From assembly GCA_028534125.1 (NCBI GenBank), contig CM052816.1, positions 85,252,001 to 85,316,000 on the forward strand: a stretch of DNA of 64,000 bases, read 5' to 3'. Made by a program: the position numbers and the translations under genes. Of this stretch, positions 24,221 through 38,654 are shown piece by piece; the first letter of the stretch is position 1; every line of letters starts with the position of its first letter. The DNA is from Lama glama. Its lineage: Eukaryota. The notes beneath the pieces were generated by a model. It ran no database searches. It had not been told where the DNA came from and was given only the letters and a program-made list of their open reading frames with translations.

Positions 24221-27200
24221 CTGCTACATTATAGAGGACAGTAATAATTTAGAAACTAAATAATCTCTTTGAATGATTGAACATGGATCTTACGGACTCC
24301 TGAAGGTTCATTTTAAAGATGTGATTTAACGTAGTGCTAATACTCTAATAAGAAACTGTGTGAAATTTAGTTGGATAGATAGATACATACTTGATGAATC
24401 TCTGAAATAGTTTTTATACATAACTTAATTCAAGGAAGTTCATATTTCCAGGTAAATGTCAAATAAATTTTCAACTCTTTAAGAATTTCTACTGCTACAG
24501 CATTTTAAATTTATTTAAATGCACTCTTGAAAGTGAAAGTCACATTTTAAAACTATTTTTTCATCAAATACAAGTTAAATAAATAATTTTCAGGGCATGA
24601 TTTTAATATTGAGCTGTCACTAGCTTTTAAATACTTCGTTGTTTTAGGTGATCCTCTCAATTTAGTAAGTAAATGTATTAATATTAATTAGTGACTAACA
24701 AAATGGTGATTTTTGGACTATTTTTATTTGTGGAGCATTGATTTAACACAGAATTTTTGATACAGCTATTAATATATATGGGTATTCCAGAAACTTCCAT
24801 GTATGCAATCTTAGATGTGAAATATCAAAATTTAACTTTAGAAATGGATATATGTATGAATGTTAGTTCATCTATAAACATTATGATTATTACTGCTTCT
24901 TTGTTTTTATATTTACCATATTTTATTTCATTTGGAAAACATTCATATTATTGAAAAAAAGAGAAATTTTTAGAATTTCAAAGATAAAAATGGTTTCAAG
25001 ATGCAAACTCATATTTTTCTGAAAATAACTATGCACTGTATTATTTATAAGTTTAAATATAGATTCACAGGAAATATTTAAATTCAACACATTGTGCATG
25101 GCATTAGAAAAGTTGAAGGAGAAAAGCAAATTAAAAAACTTAAAATAGTTTTTCATCTAGTATGCAACAGATATTTGATTAATTTAAAATTTCCATTATT
25201 TACTTTGTGTCATTGTCATATAAACTTAAATACACTTCTTTAGACAAACAAGTATAAAAATAATAGTCTGTCAAATGTTAGATATTTGTCAAATTATGGT
25301 AGGTATTTAGTGCCAGAATGAGAGCAAACAATCTGAGCAATCTAACTCAGTTTCTGGAGCCAAATATTAAACATTTCTTTACTGCAAGCATGTTACGGCC
25401 AAAAGATTGTCTCAATGGGATTCTTTTTAAAAAAAAAAAAACAGACTGTAGAAATCCTCGATGGGATCCACTTGGCCTCAGTATGTTCAGAAAAAGGAAA
25501 GTGCTTCTCTCTGGGCAGGTGAAGTTTAGAGAGACGGAAAAAGACAGATTTCCAGGCCACTACAGTTAGTCACTGTGGGTTCACTCAAACAGTTGGATGT
25601 GGGCAAGGTGGACACATAAGCTCCGAGTAACCAGCAGCTGTGGTTAATAGCTTTCCATTTTCAAATTGATTTAAAGTAAGCAGATCCAGTCTTGTTGCAT
25701 TGAATGCAAAAAAATTGCAAATTGACTAGAAGGAGAAGAGTACTTTTGACTCCAAAAATTTAGCAATTGAGCATACTACATTTAGAGTACAAAGTCTGTC
25801 TAAATGAGGACAGGTTGGTACACTGTATATTTGGTATTCAAAGTGCCAATGCAAAGAAACAACAGACACGTATCAATATGGGATCTAAACACCAGGGGTT
25901 CAAAAAAAAAATCAGTGAATACTGCAACTCAGAACAACGAAGGGAGGGGAGCCAGACAAAACTAAGACAATTTTTATGTCTACCATTACCGAAGAGGTCC
26001 AGCGGTTCCCGGGTGTTCAAGGATTGTGTGCTATTATTAGCAAAGCCACACATATATAACAATGTAATTTGACATTTATTAATTGGGGTCTTTATTAGTC
26101 ACTAGTAAATTGTATACCATTTATTTCCTAATCATAACTGTCATTCTTAACAAGTTCTGTATTGCCTTTCTAAATCTTGAGTTATTGAGCCTACTCAGAT
26201 ATTATCTGATAATTATTTAAACTGGGTTGATTAAAATGACTGACTCAAGAGAAGCAAATTGAATTTAAGAGAAATACATGGCTAATAACTATTACTCCTT
26301 GAGCTCATACTGTATGAAAGTGACATAAATATTTTCCTTTTGCTTTGTGTATTTCCAGTTTCATTTTAAACCCTACCATTGACTGGAGGAATTGGGCACT
26401 GCAATCTACTTTAGTAAGAAAAGAAGAATGGATCATTAGAGCCTAATAATCTTGAGGTAATTTCAAGTGAAATTTTGACATTTATTTGGGGAATCTTGAT
26501 GCAATAGTGAACTTTGAAGAGTTTAAAAATAACTATAATCAGTTGAAGTATATTTTTATTTGCAGTTCCTCTGCCGTTAAGCTTGGATAAGTTGATTTCT
26601 GTGTGGCACTAAGAAGACATAGGGTAGGAAAAAGGAAGACTGTAGTATAGAGGATATTTCCACTAGGTGAGACAAAAAAAAAAAAGGCAATGCTATGGCA
26701 GGTGGAGAGATTTTGAAAGTAAAACAAATACAATGATTATAGCACTTGATGACACCCAGATAGGTGAGGAAAAAATATGAGAACATATAAGCTGGGACTT
26801 TGTGTCCCCACCACATCCAGCAGAATGCTGGAGCAATAGAGAAGCCAAAGATGAAGACTAAGTGCATGAATGGCAAATAGTGCCTTGCTCTCCCATAGCC
26901 TTGATTTGATACACATGAAACCAGTCTAGCACATAACAGACACACATGTGCTGAGAGAATTAGTGGCTGCTCAAAGATGTGAGGTCATTCAAGGATGCCA
27001 CATGAAGACCTTACATTTGAAGGATAAAAGCAAGCACCTGAAGTGAGCATAACATCCAACAGGGCCAGACAATGAGATTCCTCACTGCAGAATCACAGGG
27101 GTGCAGTTCTGACTATCCACTGTGCAGCAAATTCCAACAAAAAACATGGAAGAAACCATTTGGACCAAGGTCTTTACCCGTACTATCATGAGGGTACTAT

Positions 27201-29199
27201 CCTTGGGAGGAAAGTTTAAAAGGGTAGCCATACCCCTGGTAGAGATATGAGATATAACTTGACTGTATTTTACTACTAGGAATTGAGGCAATGTGAAAGA
27301 CATTTCTGGTCTCTTCACAGCAAAATGTTTCAACTTGTAAAACACTGACAGATGAATTAGGCAATTCAGTAACAAAGATCAACTGGCAGTTTGGCTACGT
27401 TGACTGGTCAATCCAAATGTATTATGTGCATAGTCAAGCCCAGGTAAAAGAGATGTAGTAAGTGGAAACTACATTCCAAGTTTTTATCACAGAAAAGTAT
27501 ATAAAGAGAAGAAAGAGTTAACCTGTTTATACTGAGAATCTCTGGTACAGATTTAAACAGAGAAACAAAATTTAATGGTTGTAGCCAAGTAATAGCTTAA
27601 AAAGACTTCATTTATTTTCTGAAAAGTGACCAATTGTAGATAATGAGTGGCTTACTTTTATCTTAATCCCCCAATATTGTAGGTTTTAGAGAGCAACATT
27701 TAACTACTATATTCCGCTAAATTTGTTCCAGATCTTAACCCTTTACTTTGTAATTACTTTGTGTTGCCTCTTAGAAAAGCAATTTAATTCAGCCTTCTGT
27801 TTCTTCTTTCAACAGCCTGGTAATTTCCTCTTTGTTTTTGGAGTTAGGAAACTTTTCAGATATTTTTAGAAGAGACAGAAAGTGTTTCAGAAAGTGTAAA
27901 CAAGACTTTAATTGGGAGAGAAACACATGTGAACTTTTAACATGGTCACAATTTACTACAGAATCTCTCTGAAAAAGAGAATTTTGTGATTATCAGTCAC
28001 TAAACTTGCAAATTAATTTAATGCTAAACACCGTAGTTAAAAATATTCTCTCTCGTTTCTAACAAGGAGTATCTTTGAAAGAAAAGTCTTCATATTTTGA
28101 AAGTAGTGTATAGGGGGGCAAAATGAATTTATACTCTGTACTTTTTTTCTCATCAAATCCTTGTTGATATACTTCTATCTTTATAAGAAGATATACTTCA
28201 TTTTTGTTACTCATGTTTGATTTTTCCTGAACTATTTCAAGAGGTTCTTCAGGAGGGGGTGAAGGTAGGAAAGAAAGCTTTCAAGCTTTTCCACTCAATG
28301 GCTCCCTCCTCTATGGCACAGTAGAAACTGCTAACGTCAGAGCATGGATCTTTGGGGAGCCATAGCTCTTCTGACAGGAAGAGCCAACCTGGGATAGGAG
28401 AGCTTGTGCAGCTCCTGGGCTTCCCTGTTTTCTTCTCATCCTGCTTCATAGGCTACCATCACCAAGAGACATAGCCCCTGATTTATGAAAGTAAAATCAT
28501 AAATTTTATTTCCCTAGTGCTTTCTGACAATTGAGAAATTCAGGTCGCTCTGAGGAAACTTCTTGCCCTCCCTGTTGGCTTTCCCTAGTGCTTGAGCCCT
28601 GTTCGATCTCCATCCTGGATTTGGCAGTTGCCTTTCTGGTAGGGTCCCTCCATTACTGGTGTAGCTACTCCACCAAGATTAGATCCTGCCTATTTCCCAG
28701 TTTTCCTCCACCATAGTTCAAGGACTCCTGAGGACATGTGGGGCTCTAATTTTGGTAGACTTTATTTGAAGTATCTCAGGTTACCATTGTCTCCTAGTTC
28801 CTCTGAAAATAGAGATGATTAGGTTTGTTGTGCTTCTGGAAAAGTTCCAAAATTCAGAACCAAACTGTCTCCATGTTTTACAGATATCAAAAGTCTTTAT
28901 AGACATAACTTTATATGAACATCTATGGGGAAAATTGCTTTCCAAAGATTCACAGCATGTTATAGGGATCTCTAATTTTACAGGCTGAATTCTCATCCAG
29001 AATTTGGAAAGATTTTCCTATGGGACCATGAGGGATCATCAATTTAAATCACAAATGCTCGGAAGGGTACTTAGAGGTTGTTTAATTAAAATGCCTAGGA
29101 AATATGTGAAAATTGTCAACTGAAGTATAGTTTACGCACATTCTGGGAACTTTCAGAATCTACTTCTGGCATTCCTATATGTGATTAATACCTTATACT

Positions 29200-29620
29200 T
29201 TACTGTATGCTGTCACACATGACAAATACTTATTAGAATATGGTCTGATTACCTGTGTGCCAACATCACTGAATAATAAACTCTCTGAGATTAAACATTA
29301 TATTCTCTTTACCCTTGTTGGTCTAGCACATAGGAAACTGCTTGGAATAAAGTACATGCGTGTGAAACAGTCCTCCTCCACTCCACCAGCCATCTCTAAT
29401 CTTCATTCTCTCCCTCATCTCTTCATTTTTTCCCTTATAGGTATTTTGAACATTTATATTGTATATTTAATTATTCTTTTTTCAGGTATACTACCGCTAG
29501 AAATAAACCTCATGCAGCGGGAATATTTTTGGGTTTTTTGCACAGTATGTCTCGTACAGTGTCTGTTTCATAGGAGGTGCTCAATAAGTATTTATTTTAT
29601 GAATAAATTAATGTAGAGAA
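29200..29620 (+). mobile_element. L2 3'-end fragments
   Basis: ctagcacataggaaactgcttggaataaa and cataggaggtgctcaataagtatttattttatgaataaattaatg are L2 3' terminal motifs. Confidence 0.65.
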
Positions 29621-29796
29621 AAAAGAAGTCAATGAAACAGAAAGTAGAAGGGTTTACATATGCACGAACATTCACAAAGAGGATCTCAAAAAGGAAAATT
29701 TAAGCAAATATATTTACTCTTAAACTTTATACCACAGGTTACAAAATAATGTCTCACTGACTTTTTTCTTCTTTGTTTTGTCCACATACACCGATT

Positions 29797-29853
29797 CTTT
29801 TTCTTCTCCTCTTCCTTCTTCTTCTTCTTTTTTTTTTTTTTTTTTTTTTTTTT
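29797..29853. repeat. (TTC)n plus poly(T) tract
   Basis: Direct; source of the poly-K spurious ORF at 29686-29976. Confidence 0.9.
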
Positions 29854-30164
29854 GGAGAGGAGAGGGGTATGTTGCTGCCAACTGATTTCAGGATAAAAAA
29901 AAACAAACAGATAAACTAGATTACTTGGTTTGTTTAAAAAATGCAGTATTTGGCCACATTCATCATCATTGTCCATTGCAGGATTAGAGCTGAACCTTCA
30001 ATTTGCCACACATCCTACAATATTCTGCTCTCTTTACTCAATTATGTTTCTTTGCTTAGCACCACAGAAGTTTAAATTTGTCATCTGTACCCTACAGAGA
30101 AATTGAGCTTTTGCAATTGCCAGTTATTTTTTAGAACACTAGTTAGCATTATTTAAGACATTAA

Positions 30165-30729
30165 TGTGTTATTTTTCTATTGCTGTATGACAGATTACCA
30201 CATTTAACAATTGAAAAAATATATTTATTAGCTCATAGTTTCCATGGAGTAGGAATCCAGGCACAAGTTAGCAGGGTCCTCAGTTCATGTTCTTACAGTT
30301 CAGGCTGAAATCAAGGTGCTGGCTGGGGCTGCAAGCCCTCCTGAGACTCAGTCTTATTCTCTTCCAAACTCCTTCAGTTTGTTGACAGAAGTCATTTCCT
30401 TGTGGCTGTAGAAATAAGGCCCTACGTGTGCAGTTCTGTGTGTGGGTACTTCATAACATAGCCATTTGTTTCCTTCCTCGAGTTTAGTAGGAGAATCTCT
30501 TGACACTTAACCATCTTTTAAGACATCACCTGATTAGGTAAGGCCCACCCAAAAGAATCTATTTGATTAACAAAAGTTAACTGATAAGTAACCTCATTAT
30601 GGAAGTGGTACACCATTATATTCATAGGTTCTGCCCACCCTTAAGGAGAAGGGGATATATAAAGATGTGGAATTTCTCTCATAAAAGATCTCTCTCATAG
30701 GGGATCATCTTAGAATTATGCCTATCTCA
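30165..30729 (-). mobile_element. MaLR solo LTR (MLT1D-like)
   Basis: tttctattgctg...tttattagctcatagtt...aggctgaaatcaaggtgctggctggggctgc...tgattaggtaaggcccaccca...catcttagaattatgccta. Confidence 0.85.
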
Positions 30730-32929
30730 ACTTTAAACTCAAACCAATAAGATAAGGCCTGAGACTGGGTATTACCAACAAGTTCCTAGGGTCATAAAAC
30801 TTGTTAGCATAAAACTTATTAAAAAAAAAGTGTTGCTCTAAGCCTGGTGTTTCTTTGAATGAACTGTTTGAATAAAAATATTTTCGTCGGGTAGTTACTT
30901 GAAGCTACAATAGTCATTCCCTCTGCTCTAGTGAAACTGAGTAATCTCATGAAGCTCCATTATTGTACTGCACATGGCACATGTTTAGCATAGGATGGTT
31001 ACACCCAAGGAAAGTTTGTGTGTCACATTTGAAATTTGTGCAGTATAATTGTATAAAACTGGTGATTTTGCATTTATCAAATGCCCCAACAATGATGATT
31101 TGGTTATTTGTGATATCCCCACGTTCCTTAAATTACCCATGTCATTTTCATCAGCTTTTGCACTACAAGCTGACACACATTCCCTGCTGATTTAATTTAC
31201 AGTGCAAATTTGTTTTTGCTTCTCACCAGGTACAAAGGTAGTTATCACCCTCTTTTCCAGACTACACACATTTTTTCTGTAAGATTTTTGAAGACTGTTT
31301 TCTTTGTTTTATTTTTTACAGATTTTGTCCCATCTCCTTGCAAGTGAAACAGCCATTCTGCAAGTTTAAAGAATTACTCAGGTTAATATTCATTTGACTC
31401 ATTGTTTAAAAAAATATATGGTAGTATCCTTGAACCATAGAAGACAATTATCATTGCTCTATTCCCAGAGAGAGTAAAGGATAAAGGACTTTAGTCTTTC
31501 TCGATTGACAACCGCTTGATAACTTAATTCATTTTCTGTGAAATTTTACTTTAAAATACCTTTCCTTTAGCTGTTTTCATTATTATTATTAACACATTAT
31601 TTGTAAGTATAAGCAAACTGCCTATTTCAATGCAGGATATGTGAGAAGGAAGGATGAGCTTTGTCAAGCAAATCTACAGGCAAAGTACATGGTTAGGAAT
31701 TATGGTTCTGAAAATCATGCACTAAATTATGCTATGATGCAAAATGTAGACAGATCATAACTCAATTATTGTTACAAAAAGGAGTTGTGCTAAGAATCTT
31801 AAAATGAAGGAAGAAAAATCATTTCAAACTAACGTCTTACAGAGATTTTCTTTTGATATCGAGATATAAAACATGTAACCACTTGTATTCACCTCTGTAA
31901 CCATGTAACCCAAGAGTTTGAATGCTATAACATTATGGCGTTAGTTAATATTATAATTATTAGGTACTATAATCTATCTAAAGCAAAGCTCTGTATCTGT
32001 AATTTAAGACCATTTTGAAAATTCTATGATACATATCATTCACATTTTACTGCTTGGAAAGTATTCTTACACAAATTGTATCTTGTATATTCTTATCGCT
32101 TTTACTTAGCTTGGAGTATTCTGGAATGTCCTATTAAAAAGATGGCGGAGTTCTGTCAGAGAAAATGAGAACAAAGAATTACTTAATAGAATTAAGCATA
32201 ATTCTATGGAAAGCATTTCACTGAGAATATATTTTTGACTTTAACAGCAACTCCTAATCCAATAATATGTGGGAATATTAGAGTTTTAAAAAATTGTTAT
32301 TGTTGTTATTAAAGCCCTACATGTATTTGGAATGTTTTCCATGTAATGACTATTGCTTTCCTAAGATATACACCCAAACTGATTTTCATAGCTTCCTTTG
32401 ATACTTGGTCTCAGATACTGTCAATCAAATATCTCATTTACATATAGAAACCATATTTTACGGTGTTTTATGGTGTAGTCCTCTGGCGCTGCCATACTGG
32501 AGATTTTGGCCAGTAACTCTGAGAGTAATTGGTGTGACCTAAAGAAGCTACAGTGTTAATGAGGATGGGCAACGAAATTGGTACTGTTGTTAGTAATGCC
32601 CTGATGCATTGATCTTGCTGTATATATGGTCATATTGGCCCTCTAGTTTTCCTGGATACTTTGAAATTCCTAATGTATTTTAAAATGTTTTGAAGGTTTA
32701 AAAGGTTTCTTTTCTGCTTTATCTCGCCACAGGGAGTCCTGATGTAGGTAACCAAGAACCTTAACAAATGGGAGTGTTTATTAAACAAGGTATGTCTCTA
32801 TAAATATTTTTAAAAATATATCCATCTCTGACTATTATTCTTTTTCTCCATTTTGTCTATTCCATTAAAATATACAAATATATACATATATATATTTCTG
32901 TGTGTAATTCCTATTGCCTATTCTTTTCA

Positions 32930-33090
32930 TAACATTTACCATGAACCTAGCATATGAAAACAACACGAATGTAGTATCTCACTGTTTATGAGTTAGAAGA
33001 TCCAGGATGCAGTGGTTCACTTGGGTACTCCTCTTAGGGTCCCACAAGGCTGCAGTCAAGGTGTTGGTAGACCTTTGATCCTTTCTGCAG
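32930..33090 (-). mobile_element. MLT1 LTR fragment
   Basis: tatctcactgttt...cttagggtcccacaaggctgcagtcaaggtgttgg. Confidence 0.6.
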
Positions 33091-33099
33091 GTGGACCCT

Positions 33100-35400
33100 C
33101 CAATTCAGCCAATTACCATGTGCTGTAAGCCTCACTTGTTGGTTTGGTGATTGACAGGTAAGTAAGCTAGGTCTTTGGTTGCAGGGCTTGTGTTAACCAA
33201 ACTTGATGGCCTGTGGGCCTTAGCGCTTGCATATTTGGTTGAAATAATGGCTTACTTGAAGGGTTTGCATCTCTGGACCCCAAAGGAATAAAAGTACCCA
33301 GACCAGTAGTAACAAGACCAACAGTTAACAGCATGGTGTGCAGCTGCACTTGAATATGCATTTGTTTTCTGATATTGATTTTTCTCCAGCACATATTATA
33401 ACCAAGGAAGGTGATATACCAATGTGTGGCTTGTAATTATGGAATATGATGCTGATTTTATTATGCCTGAATGTGATTTAAATTTATAAAGCAGAGTTTT
33501 TAAGTCACCCTTTTTGATAGTTTACACTCTCTGTGGGAATGGCTCTGGAGAATTCACTTCAATTCCTTGGAGGGAATTTGAGGGAGAGCTTGGATTAATT
33601 AACAACTCCTTTTAACCTCAATACTGGGGAAGTTTTTTAGTTGGTTAAAGTTTAGGTTCACACAACTTCCATGCCAGATGGACAGTCTATGGGTAACAGG
33701 TCCCAGGAATGTATGCAACATTGATTTGACCTCCAGCCCTATGGGATGGGAGCGAGATGAAAAAGTCATAAAGATGATGGGCAATATTATTGAAGGGTCT
33801 TATATATAATTAGTCTTTATTTACATGGCAGTGAGACATCGTCCCCTTTAAATAGAGGAAAGGACAATGGGAAACGCATTTTTGTAGTTGGTATGAGGTG
33901 TGAGTCAGCCAAGGGGCCTTGCATTAAGAGAGTGTAAGGCCTAGGGTTGGATAGAGACCCATTTAGGAACCCATTTGTCAGACTGGAGTTTAAATAGAAG
34001 TTGTTTGAAGAAATCTTTATGTCAGTTGCCTGGGACCTATTGGGGAGATGAATGTTCATTGGGAGCCTTTTAAAAAGGCACATTGGTAACTATTAGCAAT
34101 GTCTGAAACTACAACGGGATAAGGAGTGTCCTGTGAGACCTTATATTGTGGCCTTAGTATATGTAGAGACGTTTGATCTTGATTTGTATTTTGATTGTCT
34201 GTGGGGCAAGATATTCCTAGAAATGTTTATCCTGGAAGGGACAAGTCTTGGCAATAGCCCAAGAGTTTGTGAAAATACAGAGATGAGGCCATTTGCTGAC
34301 ATCCAGTACAAAAATGACTGCCTGAAGTTTGGCCAGGTGTGCTCACCTTGAGACTCATTCATTTGTAAATGAGGAATATGTTGCCTCCAAAACTCAAGAA
34401 GGACTAAAGGATACTGGACATGTAGATCCTTACTTAACAAGTGTGTCAAATCAGACTCCTTGGAGGAGCATGTCATCAATGTAATATCATACTGGGCTCC
34501 TGAAGAAAGCTGGGTGCAACTAAAATCTTCCCTGCAAAAATTGTGTGTAAGGCAAGGTTGCTAAGGTAACTCATGGGTAGTTTGAAAAAAGTGTATTGTG
34601 TCCCTTTGGAAGTGAAGGCAAAATGCAGCCAAGAGGCTGTTGAAATAGGCACTAAACAGGATGTATTAGCTAACCTACAGTAGCAAAGTATTTACCAGTT
34701 GTTGCTTGGATGATGTTAGTAACTTCAATAATGTTGGGTATCAGGTTTAGGAACCTTAATGAATGAGACCACAGCGTTAAGCCTGCAGTCATCCACCCTG
34801 AGGCAACATTCATATTGTTTCAGGTTTAAGAACAGGAAAAATTGGATTCTCAAATGGAGAAGCAGTGAGGATAATCACGACTAATTCATCACTTAGATCT
34901 TATATGAAAACTTTGAATAACTGAAGGCCCTACTATAACTTACATTAAACCATCTTAACCAATTTAAATGGGTGTGTCCACAGAGTCTTATTTTGGCAAG
35001 CCAGTTAGTAATTGCCAAGGGTTTAATTTAATTTAAATTTAGTACTCATTATGTCAAACATTTTATACTCAACATGGACTCTTACAGGACAGCAGGCAGG
35101 TACTATGACTATGGGAAGTTAAGGCAAAGCTATAGCTAAGATGAAGTGTACTCAGTTTTCTCTATCATGCTTAATCACTCACTTCAAATTATAGGAGGCA
35201 CCATGTTTAAATTCTGTGGTATTCTCAGGTATATCTTTATTCTGAATCCCAGCATTGATTAATCCATGAAGCCTTATCAGTTGGCGCACTTTGGAACATG
35301 TTAAGTATAATTTAGAACCTCTATTGCAGAGGCACAAAAGCCAGCCAGTGCCCTTTTTATCTTTATATTATATAAATTCTTCTAGCAAATTTTGGATTTT
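33100..35400 (-). mobile_element. Decayed class III ERV pro/pol (protease, RT and downstream; HERVL40/74-like)
   Basis: Minus-strand translation with frameshifts: ..GKYFATV.LAN...VPISTASWLHFAFTSKGTQYTFFKLPMSYL..; catalytic YIDD (tacattgatgac) at 34483-34472; degenerate protease GLINAGIQ near 35250-35270. Confidence 0.85.
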
Positions 35401-35416
35401 CAATTGTGCCAGATTA

Positions 35417-35439
35417 TACACACACACACACACACACAT
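35417..35439. repeat. (CA)n microsatellite
   Basis: Direct. Confidence 0.9.
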
Positions 35440-35579
35440 AATTTATTATTAATTTTTTAAAAATTTCCTCCCCCTGTATCTGGGTTTTGCTTTGTTTGTT
35501 AACTTCTTATGCAAAACTTGTGGGTAGATTCTAGGAACTTCTAGGAAAAGACAAGGGGAGAAGGAGTCCAGCTGTCTCC

Positions 35580-36286
35580 CTCATTCTAGAGAGTATGAGA
35601 CTAAGCTACCAGTAGACACGGCAGCAAGCCCAGCAAGTGTCAAGCAGGAGTGAGCTCACCTTCAGAGGTATCTCCCTTCCTAGCCACTGCGTGGAGATTT
35701 ACACATAATCAGCAATTCAGGAGCATCTCCCGGGAAGCTAAGGGTCACTGGTCATGGCCGCACCATTCTCCTCACAATGTTTTACACACTTTAAAGATTC
35801 TTCTGATGATGGAACTTAACATACAGACGCGCAGAGGTAGATGAGAGGCAGAACTCTGCGACTGGCAGCTCCAAGCAGAGAAGGCTGTCAGGCAAGGCCG
35901 CACAGGGTGGCAGGTAACAGCAGTCTGGAGCTTAGGGGGCAGGTCATGTGTGGGGGGTGGGGAGGGGTTAGCTAGTTTTGGTCCTGGTTCCCTACAGATT
36001 AACTAATTTAAATAATTTCATGAGCTCCTGGGCTTAAGGACCATCCCTAGTTGTCTAATATCAGGCTCTGAGGCGATCAGGGTGGGTGCTCAGTGGCCTG
36101 GAGTATGAGAATCAGAGAAGGAAAGTGGTCTGTCAACTACTTATGTAGTCGGTGTTCAGTGTGGACTAAATCAGCTGCTCAAAAACTTTGGGCAAGCTGT
36201 CAACCCTTTGGGCAGGGCCTGAAAACCAGGTCAAAATAGCTTTAAAACAAAAAAAACAAAACAAACAAATAAGAGACTATATTATA
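35580..36286 (-). mobile_element. ERV-L LTR, MER54/MER74-like
   Basis: aataatttcatgagctcctgggc..ccatccctagttgtcta..gatcagggtggg..agtggcc and caagcaggagtgagctcacc motifs; minus-strand start tataatatagtctctt. Confidence 0.75.
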
Positions 36287-38654
36287 GATAGAATAATGAG
36301 TTGAAAGAAAAAGAGAAAAAATCGTTGTAGACCTTTTTCAGCAAGATATAGGATATCGTCCATATACCAAAAGAATTACAAAACTCAACAAATTGTGTCA
36401 CTTCACTACGGGAGGAGGTATTCAGCAGAGAATTATAAGGAGCTGAGACAAAGGAGAAAGACTAACTGACAAAAATTAATGGATAGGACCTTCACCTGGA
36501 ATTCATTGTTTGATGCAGTGGCTCAAGTGCCTGAAAGTCACTTTAAGAATCTGCTAAAATTGGCTAAATAAATCCTGGTTTCAATGGTGGCCTATAGTTA
36601 ATGAGATTGAAATTCCAATATCTCACTCTCTACTATAATGCAATTGGCCCTAAGTTCCAGGGAGATGGGAATGTTGGAATAAATTTATAATATGCAGTCT
36701 GCTCAGCCACCGTTATGACCAGGGAGAGAGAGCCTGAACAGCATCTACTCTTTACCAAGGCATGGACAAATGATTTGACGAGAGGGCAGCTAGAGCCCTT
36801 GAGCGCTAAGATAGGGATGATGGTGGGAGATGCTACAGTGATTCTGGTTGCTTAATCTCAATGGGAAATATGGGATTTTTAAATACAGAGGCCAGGCAGT
36901 AGGTAGCCTTTAGCTCTTGGGGACATGATGGGAACAGTTAGAGCCATAAACCACATAGAAAGAATTATTTATTTATTTTTTGATCTTCAGGAATGTAGGG
37001 TGTTGGGTAATTTATTTGCTGGAGTTTAAGAAATGAATGAGATTACCAACTAACAGGGTGTATATTGTCATACATAAGAAGAACATAAAATTCCAATCTG
37101 GAATGGAGAAACCTTACTTGAATTATTACAGTGCAAATTCATAACCTCTTAACCCATTTCAAAAATGAAGTCACTTCATAGGCATATAGCATCTTGATGG
37201 AGGGGAAGCTAGAATCCTCTTGAGGAAAAACCTTGCAGTGTGGTCACAGATTTACACTGTGAATCTTCCTTCAAACCACCTCATGAGGAAGAAAAATACA
37301 AAATCTTGTAGGGATTGGTATCTCCTGGATGTAAGCTGTTTCTGAAAACCGAGGAAGGAAGGACTTATGGAGGTCAGGCAACAAGTGGAGTATTGACCCA
37401 GTTCACCTCCAGGGCAATCTTAGACCCATTCAATGATTATTTCTCTCAACCTCAAACATATATAGGGTACATACATAAGAAATCACTGTCAGAATTCCCA
37501 CACTGGTCCTCTGATCTATGGAGAAAGGACTGTTATAGTAGGAAGGGCCCAGTAGAAGCCACTGGAATTGCACCTGCCTAACCCTGACTTGCTAAAAAAC
37601 AAAACAAAACAAAACAAAAATATCATACCCCTAGAGGAATTACAAAGATTAGTGCCACCATCAATGACTTGAAATATGCAAGAGTGCTAATTTCTGCCAC
37701 ATCGCCATTTAATATGCCTATTTGGACAGTGTAAAGCCAGATGTGTCAAGGAGAATGACAGTCGATTATCACCCACATAATTAGGTAGTGATTCAAATCA
37801 CAGCTGCATTTCCAGATATGATATCTCCCCTGGAGAAAATTAACACAGACCCTGACACCTGGTATACAGCTATTGAAACAGAAATGCACTTTCTCCCCCC
37901 ATCTTTGCCAGCAAAGGAAAACATAAGCAGTTTGCTGTCACATGATAAATACAAGAGTATACCCTTCCTGTCTTGTTAAAGAGCTATGTCAACTCCCCGT
38001 TTCTCTGTCATAAAATATTCTAGACTAGGGACATGTGTTGTCTTGTTACTGCACAGAAAACAGCACTGGTCCATTATATTCCTGGTTGTATGATTATGCC
38101 AAAACAAATACAGAGGAAGTAGCCAGCATCCTAGATCCTTAGTGAAAACAGGGTGCTAACGGTTGACAGATAAACCCCTCAGTATTCACGGGTATGTCAA
38201 ATTGATGAAATATCTTGGATTCAGGTCGTCTTGTAGCATGTTTTCTATTGCTGTAGAAAGAACAATTGTTGCACCTTTTAACAATCGCTCTCAGTAAACA
38301 GGCACAATACTTAGCAGATCTTATTTATGGGTTTTGAAGGCAATATATATCCCATTGGCCATACTATTTCAATCTGCTTCCTGGGCAATTTGAAAGGATG
38401 CTAATTTTCAGTTGAGCCCAGAATAAGAAGGAGCCTGTAATAGACCCAGGTTGCTGTGCAAACTGCCCTGCCACTTGGGCCTTGTGTTTATTGTTATTGA
38501 AAGTGTCTGTGTCAGAGAGATAATTTTCATGGAACCTTGACAAACCCCTGTGAGAGATTAGGAGTCCTAAATCATAGCATTTGGGAGAAAGGCCATGCCC
38601 TTTTCTATTGATAAATTATCCTCCATTTGAAATACTGTCTGGCTCATACTGGGA

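Noticed and set aside
29686..29976. Poly-lysine ORF
   Set aside because: Produced by the poly(T)/(TTC)n tract.
15430..35400. Idea that the gag-IN remnant (15-18.6 kb, +) and the pro-RT remnant (33-35.4 kb, -) are halves of one rearranged provirus
   Set aside because: They lie 15 kb apart with no visible matching breakpoints, and the second appears to carry its own 3' tail; independent insertions are simpler. A consensus alignment would settle it.
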